IMG/VR virus record: IMGVR_UViG_3300011339_000794
Location: 1 to 25,114 of that record
DNA length: 25,114 bases
Direction: 5' to 3' (one strand)
Source of the DNA: a virus
Taxonomy: Duplodnaviria; Caudoviricetes
Shown here: piece after piece, positions 6,733 through 12,763 of the stretch
Layout: every line of letters begins with the position of its first letter
Numbering within the stretch: the stretch's first letter is position 1
The notes under the pieces: generated by a model
Databases searched by the model: none
Told to the model about the DNA's origin: nothing
The model's input: only the letters and a program-made list of their open reading frames with translations
Made by a program: the position numbers and the translations under genes

Positions 6733-7692
6733 GCACATGAAATCGAAACGATGGCCTTCGCGAATGCGGTTCCGTGGCATGGCCTCGGCAATCGGGTCGA
6801 CCCGACCTGCTCTGTCGATGAGATGGTCGTCGCTGCCGGCCTGGACTGGAAGGTCCGCCAGCTCCCGCTCTTCGCTCAGGCTGAGGATGGTGAGATGATC
6901 GCCCTTCCGCAGCGCCGCGCTCTGGTGCGCGACACTGACAACAAAATCATGTCCGTCACCGGCGACCTCTGGAGGCCATTCCAGAATCACGATGCGCTCG
7001 AGTTCTTCCGCGACTACACCGAGGCCGGTGGCGCAAAGCTGGAGACTGCTGGCGCTCTGCGTGGCGGCAAGCTCATCTGGGCCTTGGCCTCGATTCAGGA
7101 AGGTTTCACTGTCTCGAAGAACGACCATGTGAAGGGCTACATCCTGCTGACTTCTCCCCACGAGGTCGGCAAGTGCATCACTGTCCGCACGACGACTGTG
7201 CGTGTGGTCTGCGCCAACACAATGGCCATGGCGATGGGCAAAGACTCTGCTCAATACTCCCAGAACCATCTGTCGGACTTTGATGCTGGCGCTGCCAAAT
7301 CGGCAGTCAACCTCGCCAAGGCGCAGATCCACCAAGCCTCCCTCGATGCAAAGCTCCTCGCCAAGCTGAAGATGAGCCCATTCGACAATGTGCGGTTCCT
7401 CGCCAAATTCTTCCAGCCAGCTCCGGAAGGTGTCAACGAGGACGCGCATGTTCAGGAGCTGCTCAATGCTCCCGAAAAGCAGTCCAAGGTTATGGATCAG
7501 GTTATGCGGTCTTGGGGAACGGCTCCGGGAGCAATCAAGGACAATGCTTGGGGAACGCTGAATGCGGTCACCCATTGGGCCGATCATTCTGCCGGCAATA
7601 AGGCTGACGCGAGGCTGTTCAATGCTTGGCTCGGCGAACGGTCCCGCCTGAAGCTCGAAGTCCGTGACGCCCTGCTAGAAATGGCTGGGTGA
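6730..7692 (+). CDS. DUF932 family protein (TIGR03299-like phage/plasmid protein)
   Basis: MAHEIETMAF...PWHGLG, AGLDWKV, PFQN, ETAGALRGGK, VRVVCANT and NAWGTLNAVT motifs. Confidence 0.9.
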   Translation: MAHEIETMAFANAVPWHGLGNRVDPTCSVDEMVVAAGLDWKVRQLPLFAQAEDGEMIALPQRRALVRDTDNKIMSVTGDLWRPFQNHDALEFFRDYTEAGGAKLETAGALRGGKLIWALASIQEGFTVSKNDHVKGYILLTSPHEVGKCITVRTTTVRVVCANTMAMAMGKDSAQYSQNHLSDFDAGAAKSAVNLAKAQIHQASLDAKLLAKLKMSPFDNVRFLAKFFQPAPEGVNEDAHVQELLNAPEKQSKVMDQVMRSWGTAPGAIKDNAWGTLNAVTHWADHSAGNKADARLFNAWLGERSRLKLEVRDALLEMAG

Positions 7693-7697
7693 CGCAT

Positions 7698-7733
7698 CCT
7701 CGCTGCGAGGGAGGGCGCTGGTCGCTCTCCCTC
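7698..7733 (+). other. Overlapping alternative stem-loops upstream of the sigma-4 gene
   Basis: CCTCGC/GCGAGG (7698-7710) overlaps GAGGGAGGGCG/CGCTCTCCCTC (7707-7733). Confidence 0.4.
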
Positions 7734-7751
7734 AAAGCCTGAAAGGGGAAA

Positions 7752-8075
7752 ATGATGCGCGTGTCGCCAGACGGAGAGCAACTCGTCGCCTCGCTGCGGT
7801 CTTTGGCTGTCACGCCAGAGGAAAAGATGATCGAGAGCCAGTCTCAATCGACGATCATGGAGGCGATGAAATTCCTGACAGATAGAGAATTCCTCATCAT
7901 TGACTCGATCTATGGGCTGACGCTCAGGGAGCCCAAGACGAGGGTGGCTGTCGCTCAAGAGTTGTGTGTTCGCCCAGAGCGCGTACGCCAGATTGAATGC
8001 AGGGCGATCCGCAAACTCAAACACCCAGATTGTTTCCGCAACTTGCGGCACCTGCTGGCAGATTATGATAAATAG
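7752..8075 (+). CDS. Sigma-70 region 4 (HTH) domain protein, stand-alone
   Basis: LTDREFLII..YGL....KT...VAQELCVRPERVRQIECRAIRKLKHP closely follows RpoD region 4.2 ([20 protein letters not shown]); no region 2. Confidence 0.85.
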   Translation: MMRVSPDGEQLVASLRSLAVTPEEKMIESQSQSTIMEAMKFLTDREFLIIDSIYGLTLREPKTRVAVAQELCVRPERVRQIECRAIRKLKHPDCFRNLRHLLADYDK

Positions 8076-8085
8076 GAGAGATGGA

Positions 8086-8454
8086 ATGATTGATCTTAAT
8101 GCGATGGACAGAGATCCGTGGCCGACGTGGCCGGTGGACAAGGACGAGCTGCGCATGTTGGTTGAGGAGAATGAAAAGCTGCGGGCTGCGAATGACTATC
8201 TGTGTAGCCGTGTCGATTATTTGCCATATTGCCACGAGATCGACCGGCTGCGGAAAGTGATTGATGATTTGCGGCATAAGCGGAATGTGCTGCAAAAGAT
8301 CTGCGCCGAGCGCGTCGCCGAGATCGACCGGCTGCGGGCGGCGCTGTTGGAGATTGTCGAAGAATGTCGGAATAACCCTCTCGTGATAGATCGAATGCTT
8401 GACCGAATTGAAGAAACAGCCTGCGCCGCGCTAGGGGAGAAGACCAATGACTGA
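8086..8454 (+). CDS. Cassette-array protein 1 (coiled coil)
   Basis: AGGAG RBS; EIDRLR occurs twice; ends AALGEKTND. Confidence 0.75.
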   Translation: MIDLNAMDRDPWPTWPVDKDELRMLVEENEKLRAANDYLCSRVDYLPYCHEIDRLRKVIDDLRHKRNVLQKICAERVAEIDRLRAALLEIVEECRNNPLVIDRMLDRIEETACAALGEKTND

Positions 8455-8686
8455 CGAAGAAGCTTTCAATATTTTGCAATTTGCAGAAGACATGTCACAT
8501 AAAAACTGGAAGCAATTCAGACTTCTGTACAACAACAAGTTCAAAGAAGCGGAATATCGCATCAAAGAGTTGGAGGCGGCGCTGCGGGAAATCATTCAAA
8601 AAGATGCGTTCACCGGGGAAACGGTTTTCGTTGGAGACTATGGGAAGATTGCTCGCGCCGCACTAGGGGAGAAGGCCGATGGATAA
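8447..8686 (+). CDS. Cassette-array protein 2
   Basis: 8-nt overlap; RIKELEAALREI...ARAALGEKADG. Confidence 0.8.
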   Translation: MTDEEAFNILQFAEDMSHKNWKQFRLLYNNKFKEAEYRIKELEAALREIIQKDAFTGETVFVGDYGKIARAALGEKADG

Positions 8687-8954
8687 CCGTTATAGCGACC
8701 TATTCAACCAGCACGAGCCAGACCCTTTGCTGCGTGAACTTAACGGCAACATTCTTTGGTATTGGAAGCCAATGAGCCCTAACGACAAGCGTTTGGGTTG
8801 TTTGTCTAACGCGCCGTTTGAAGCTGTTGATCGGATTAAAAAGTTGGAAGCGGCGCTGCGGGCGATTGCAGCGTATGACACGGACGCGGACGGAAATTGG
8901 GGATTTTTCCGCGACGAAGCCGACGCCGCACTAGGGGAGAAGAAAGATGACTGA
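8679..8954 (+). CDS. Cassette-array protein 3
   Basis: 8-nt overlap; EAVDRIKKLEAALRAI...AALGEKKDD. Confidence 0.8.
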   Translation: MDNRYSDLFNQHEPDPLLRELNGNILWYWKPMSPNDKRLGCLSNAPFEAVDRIKKLEAALRAIAAYDTDADGNWGFFRDEADAALGEKKDD

Positions 8955-9234
8955 CGACATCGTGGCGCGGTTGCGTTACAACAGTCGTGCTTTCAATCCC
9001 GCCATGCACGAAGCCGCCGACGAGATTGAGCGATTGCTGCTGATTAGGGCCGACTGGCGCGCAGCAATGACAGAAAATCATGATTTATGGAATGAAAACG
9101 AGCGGCTGCGGGCGGCGCTGCTGAAGATCAGCGAGCTTGAACCAGAAGGCCCAATTGGCAACGACTGCATGGCAGTCAGTTATGCGTCAGAAACGGCCCG
9201 CGCCGCGCTTGAGGGGGAGAAGAAAGATGGCTGA
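8947..9234 (+). CDS. Cassette-array protein 4
   Basis: MTDDIVARL...EAADEIERL...ERLRAALLKI...ARAALEGEKKDG. Confidence 0.8.
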   Translation: MTDDIVARLRYNSRAFNPAMHEAADEIERLLLIRADWRAAMTENHDLWNENERLRAALLKISELEPEGPIGNDCMAVSYASETARAALEGEKKDG

Positions 9235-9451
9235 CGACATCGTGGCGCGGCAGCGCGCTGGCACGGGCGATGGTCTTCGAGCGCACGACTGGATGAATGA
9301 AGCCGCCGACCGCATCGAGAAGCTGGAGGCGGCGCTGCGGTTCTACGCTTGCGACTGCAAGCCCGAGTGTAAGTGCGGCCTCGAATACTATAGTGGAGTT
9401 ACTTATTGTGGCCACACAGCCCGCAAAGCACTGGAGGAGAAAGATGGTTGA
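9227..9451 (+). CDS. Cassette-array protein 5 (Cys-rich variable segment)
   Basis: MADDIVAR...EAADRIEKLEAALR..CDCKPECKC...C..TARKALEEKDG. Confidence 0.8.
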   Translation: MADDIVARQRAGTGDGLRAHDWMNEAADRIEKLEAALRFYACDCKPECKCGLEYYSGVTYCGHTARKALEEKDG

Positions 9452-10073
9452 CGACATCGTGGCGCGACTTCTCCGCGTCAAATACACGAGAGAGCGCGGC
9501 GACGGTCCCAATGGAAATTATTGGGACGAACCATGTGAGGCTGACGATTGCGGCGCAGTGGCGTGGCCAGTTAACCCAGATGGAAAAGAAGCCGCAGACG
9601 AGATCGAGCGGCTGCGCAAAGACGTGCGCCACGCGGTCCTGAGCGACAGCGAGGAATGCAAGCTGTTGACCGAGCAAAACGCCATCATCCACGCCGACCT
9701 CGCGCAGGCCCGCGCAGATAGCGCCGTGCTGGAGTGCCACCTCGGAGGCCTGCTCGCCATCATCCACGGCGACGGCGGTCACCATCAGGACGCCGTCGGG
9801 ACCAAGCAGGCCGTCGAGGACGCCCACATCCGCTGGGCCAAGCTCCGCGAGATGGCGGAGAGAGCGGAGCCGAGCGGGTGGACCACGGAGTGGCTGGGCA
9901 ATGATCGCGTCAGGTTCACCTACGTCAGCCCGTCCGGCTACGAGCACCTGACGTTCGAGGCCACGCAGGCGATCCGCGACACCTGCTCGACGCCCGCCAG
10001 CCGCGTCGGCAAGACGCAGGACGAGGTCTTCCGCGTCGCGCTTGAGGGGGAGAAGAAAAATGACCCTGTTTAG
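9444..10073 (+). CDS. Cassette-array protein 6 (large GC-rich insert)
   Basis: MVDDIVARL...EAADEIERLR...RVALEGEKKND; 209 aa. Confidence 0.8.
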   Translation: MVDDIVARLLRVKYTRERGDGPNGNYWDEPCEADDCGAVAWPVNPDGKEAADEIERLRKDVRHAVLSDSEECKLLTEQNAIIHADLAQARADSAVLECHLGGLLAIIHGDGGHHQDAVGTKQAVEDAHIRWAKLREMAERAEPSGWTTEWLGNDRVRFTYVSPSGYEHLTFEATQAIRDTCSTPASRVGKTQDEVFRVALEGEKKNDPV

Positions 10074-10338
10074 AGATCACCGAAACTTGCTTAAGGACTC
10101 TATGGATACCGTGCGACAGGTGGCGAGCCTTGATGATTTAATACTTGATTTGCAGAAAGGACTGCGCTTTTTTGATCGAGACATTGCTAAGGATCAAGTA
10201 ACCATTAAGCCATATTGTTACGACAACCGCATTGGTTGGGACACTCATATCGTTATCGTTGAAGGATACGGCGTTTGCGGTTTCACCGATGGGCCGCTTA
10301 ACGATATTATGGAGGCGTCCGATGATGCTGCGACTTGA
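10060..10338 (+). CDS. Hypothetical protein
   Basis: Starts at the ATG of the last junction repeat; 92 aa. Confidence 0.7.
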   Translation: MTLFRDHRNLLKDSMDTVRQVASLDDLILDLQKGLRFFDRDIAKDQVTIKPYCYDNRIGWDTHIVIVEGYGVCGFTDGPLNDIMEASDDAAT

Positions 10339-10510
10339 TCCGCCCCTGCCCGTCGTGACGCCCAACGGCAAGGGGCTGGCGCACGTCCTGATTGATTATG
10401 GGATTGATTTCGACCTGTGCTGGGTCGTGTTTCAGGACAGCGGCGAGTGCTGGACGTGGCGCAATCAAGACATTAGGACCGAGAAGAATGTGACCTTTGG
10501 GAGGACATGA
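10322..10510 (+). CDS. Small phage protein (L.PPLPVVTP.GKG.AH..IDYG...GECWTW.N..IR)
   Basis: GGAGG RBS; 62 aa with a globular-looking composition. Confidence 0.75.
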   Translation: MMLRLDPPLPVVTPNGKGLAHVLIDYGIDFDLCWVVFQDSGECWTWRNQDIRTEKNVTFGRT

Positions 10511-10511
10511 G

Positions 10512-10847
10512 ATGATCGATATCAATAAGAAATACCGCACACGCGATGGCCGCGAGGTTCGCATTTACGCGTTGGATGGCGGTGGGGCGCTTCCGGTTCA
10601 CGGCGCATGTAGGGACGATGAAACAGGTGTTTGGGTTCTCTCCCGATGGAAAGAGAATGGTAGTATTAGCCTCAGCGATTTTCCCAGCGACCTCGTCGAA
10701 GTGAAGCCGCGCATCCAGCGGACTGTGTGGCTGGCCTTGTATCCGAAGGGGGTCACTGGTTTCTGTCTTAAAGGTAGCGCGGTCGAAGCTAACTGCCTTG
10801 CTCGCTACAAGGTTGAGATTGACTGCGAAGAAGGAGAGGGGCTGTGA
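10512..10847 (+). CDS. Phage protein with KYRTRDGREVRIYA N-terminus
   Basis: GGAGGA RBS; pattern recurrent in phage accessory genes. Confidence 0.75.
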   Translation: MIDINKKYRTRDGREVRIYALDGGGALPVHGACRDDETGVWVLSRWKENGSISLSDFPSDLVEVKPRIQRTVWLALYPKGVTGFCLKGSAVEANCLARYKVEIDCEEGEGL

Positions 10848-11020
10848 AGAGTTTCGCAGAGCGCGACAAGCTCGTCACGTCGCACTATGTCGCGGGGAAA
10901 AAGCTCATCGACATTGCGCGGCTGTTCGGGTTCAACTCGCCGGGGTATGTCCGGCAGATCGCGCGGCGCAATGGTGCCAAGCCGCGCAAGAACGGGAGGC
11001 CGCGCCATGAACCCAACTGA
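10844..11020 (+). CDS. Small basic HTH-like protein (58 aa; not in the ORF track)
   Basis: GTGA overlap and AGGAG RBS; manual translation MKSFAERDKLVTSHYVAGKKLIDIARLFGFNSPGYVRQIARRNGAKPRKNGRPRHEPN. Confidence 0.7.
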   Translation: MKSFAERDKLVTSHYVAGKKLIDIARLFGFNSPGYVRQIARRNGAKPRKNGRPRHEPN

Positions 11021-11300
11021 TCACAAGGCTGCCCTGCGTGCGCTGGCGGCGGAAGATGGATGCGAGGCGTCCAGAAGGGCTGCCGCACACATTGAGTATA
11101 TCGAACGGCGACTCGCCAGTGCGTTAGAAAGTGTGCGGCATCTGAAAGAGAAGCTTCACAGCACAAGACACCAGCGCAACGAGCTGCGGCGTAAACTTAA
11201 GGAGAAAGAAAATGGTGGAATTAATCGTGGCAGTGCTGCTGTTTCCGATCGTTGCGGCGATATGGGCGATGGCGCTGTGTCTGGTGTTTCTGATGTATAA
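11007..11300 (+). CDS. Coiled-coil hypothetical protein
   Basis: GGGAGG RBS, ATG 11007; 3' end overlaps the first membrane micropeptide. Confidence 0.65.
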   Translation: MNPTDHKAALRALAAEDGCEASRRAAAHIEYIERRLASALESVRHLKEKLHSTRHQRNELRRKLKEKENGGINRGSAAVSDRCGDMGDGAVSGVSDV

Positions 11301-11325
11301 ATCCTACAAAAAAGGAGATTTATGA
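11212..11325 (+). CDS. Membrane micropeptide 1 (37 aa)
   Basis: AAGGAG RBS; MVELIVAVLLFPIVAAIWAMALCLVFLMYKSYKKGDL. Confidence 0.7.
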   Translation: MVELIVAVLLFPIVAAIWAMALCLVFLMYKSYKKGDL

Positions 11326-11432
11326 TGGTTGAATTTATTGTTTTTGCAATCGCTGTCCCGTTTGTGGTCATGGTTTGGGTTGCGGCGGCAGTCGTGTGCC
11401 GCATGGCTTGGAGGGACTTTTTCCATGATTGA
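11322..11432 (+). CDS. Membrane micropeptide 2 (36 aa)
   Basis: AAGGAG RBS, ATGA overlap; MMVEFIVFAIAVPFVVMVWVAAAVVCRMAWRDFFHD. Confidence 0.7.
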   Translation: MMVEFIVFAIAVPFVVMVWVAAAVVCRMAWRDFFHD

Positions 11433-11532
11433 GTTTCTTATTTTTGCGCCAATCATCGTCGCTGTCTGGTTGATTGGTGCTTCGGTCATCTTTTTTGTTC
11501 TGGCTGCGTGGGTGTGCTGGTACAGAGGTTGA
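11425..11532 (+). CDS. Membrane micropeptide 3 (35 aa)
   Basis: GGAGG RBS, 8-nt overlap; MIEFLIFAPIIVAVWLIGASVIFFVLAAWVCWYRG. Confidence 0.7.
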   Translation: MIEFLIFAPIIVAVWLIGASVIFFVLAAWVCWYRG

Positions 11533-11636
11533 TTTGATTATGGTCGATGGATGATGGACTTTCGGTTTTGGTTTGGGAAACCTTGGCAAGTTGTTGAAGC
11601 GACACAACAAAACAAGGTTTAAGTGTGATTTTCCAT

Positions 11637-11753
11637 TTTGATTCCATTTCCATTCTTACCCCCTATTCCCTAAACTCTCGAGAAGAGAGAGAGAGAGAGA
11701 GAGATAGGAGAGGAGTGTAGGGAATTGAGGGTCAAAATGGAAATGGAATCAAA
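11637..11753. repeat. Imperfect ~41-bp inverted repeat enclosing a (GA)10 tract (candidate origin or packaging signal)
   Basis: Arms 11637-11677 and 11713-11753, outer 18 bp perfect (TTTGATTCCATTTCCATT / AATGGAAATGGAATCAAA); (GA)10 at 11685-11704. Confidence 0.85.
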
Positions 11754-11771
11754 CTGGATTGGAGGTGCTGT

Positions 11772-12191
11772 GTGACTGAATCAGAATTCAAGAAATGGTT
11801 TCGTAAGCAATGGTTGGGCTGGGTTGAAAGCTATGAGCCTCGTCGTGGATCGGGCATTGGCATACCTGATCTGCAGATTGTTGCTAATAGACGCATTGTT
11901 CCTATTGAGTTGAAAATCGGGACGATTAAAGATGGCTTGTTGTATCCTCGTGAGGTCCGCCCTGCGCAAATAGCTTGGCATCGCAAACTGAATGATGCTG
12001 GCATTGCGTCCATATTGCTCATTGGTGTGTATGATCTTGTTGCAGATGATTTTGTGGCTTGTGCTGTTGATGCCCAATACATTAGCAACTGGCGTCATGG
12101 CTACAAACATTACGTCAGACTGCCTGTTAATGACAGGGCTTTGTTCAATTCTGTTTTTGCTGCGTGGTGTTCTGCAAGATCTTCGAACTAG
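11772..12191 (+). CDS. PD-(D/E)XK nuclease, VRR-NUC / Holliday junction resolvase-like
   Basis: ESEF...GIPDL...IELK...RPAQIAWH; GGAGG RBS, GTG start. Confidence 0.8.
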   Translation: MTESEFKKWFRKQWLGWVESYEPRRGSGIGIPDLQIVANRRIVPIELKIGTIKDGLLYPREVRPAQIAWHRKLNDAGIASILLIGVYDLVADDFVACAVDAQYISNWRHGYKHYVRLPVNDRALFNSVFAAWCSARSSN

Positions 12192-12195
12192 TAGC

Positions 12196-12224
12196 TTTTC
12201 TTTTTCGAACTTTTGGCGCATCTT
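12196..12224 (+). promoter_or_regulatory. Promoter core matching the early repeat, upstream of terS
   Basis: TTTTCTT-N11-TGGCGCAT, same spacing as copies 3 and 5. Confidence 0.55.
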
Positions 12225-12262
12225 AATGCTACGTTGTCTGCTGTTCATAGCAGGGGAAAACA

Positions 12263-12763
12263 GTGGCAAAAAAGCGCACACACAATCGCAATTTCGTTTC
12301 GAAAGAGATCGACAAAGAGGTATTTGACGACATACTATTCAGGATGATGAATGGTGAAGCTGTCACGAAAATATGCAAAGAAGAGACCCAGCCGCATTAC
12401 TCAGTTTTCATGAATTGGGTGCGTAGCGATCAGGATCTTTTCGATCACTACGCGCGAGCGCGAACGATACAAACTGACTACTTTTTTGATGAAATGGTCG
12501 AGATCGCGGACGACGAGAAAATCGACATAAACCGCGCCAAAGTCAAGATCGATGCGCGCCAATGGCATGTGGGCAAGATCTCGCCGAAGAAGTATGGCAC
12601 AAAGATCATGAATCAGATCGATGCGACAGTTACGCATTCGGTCAAGCCTGATCTGTCAAGGCTATCAACCGAAGCTCGCGAAGAGCTGCGCACATTGTTG
12701 ATCGAGCAGATGCGACAGGCTCCCAAGACAATAAGCTCATATTCGGTCGAGGTTGATGAATGA
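12263..12763 (+). CDS. terS: Terminase small subunit (Sf6 gp1-like)
   Basis: NGEAVTKIC...P.....NW......F...YARAR......DE...IAD...KIDARQW...K..PKKYG; directly upstream of TerL. Confidence 0.88.
   Translation: MAKKRTHNRNFVSKEIDKEVFDDILFRMMNGEAVTKICKEETQPHYSVFMNWVRSDQDLFDHYARARTIQTDYFFDEMVEIADDEKIDINRAKVKIDARQWHVGKISPKKYGTKIMNQIDATVTHSVKPDLSRLSTEAREELRTLLIEQMRQAPKTISSYSVEVDE

Larger units (their letters stand above)
8424..10062 (+). repeat. Six dispersed gene-junction repeats, consensus CGCCGCRCT(T/A)G(A)GGGAGAAGAAAGATGRYTGACGA
   Basis: Copies near 8424, 8656, 8924, 9201, 9422 and 10034. Each encodes the previous gene's C-terminus plus the RBS and ATG of the next gene; three continue GACGACATCGTGGCGCG. 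Confidence 0.85.

Noticed and set aside
5699-7587. Long minus-strand ORFs 5699-6562 and 6667-7587
   Set aside because: Antisense to well-supported plus-strand genes with conserved RBS motifs.
7752-8075. Complete phage sigma factor or a sigma pseudogene
   Set aside because: Only region 4 is present, with its own RBS and no upstream region-2 remnant; the upstream DNA is the DUF932 gene.
8424-10062. Junction repeats as a CRISPR array, integron attC sites or a diversity-generating retroelement
   Set aside because: Spacing is 200-600 bp and coding; repeats are degenerate and non-palindromic; no cas, integrase or reverse transcriptase in the window; variation is not adenine-specific.
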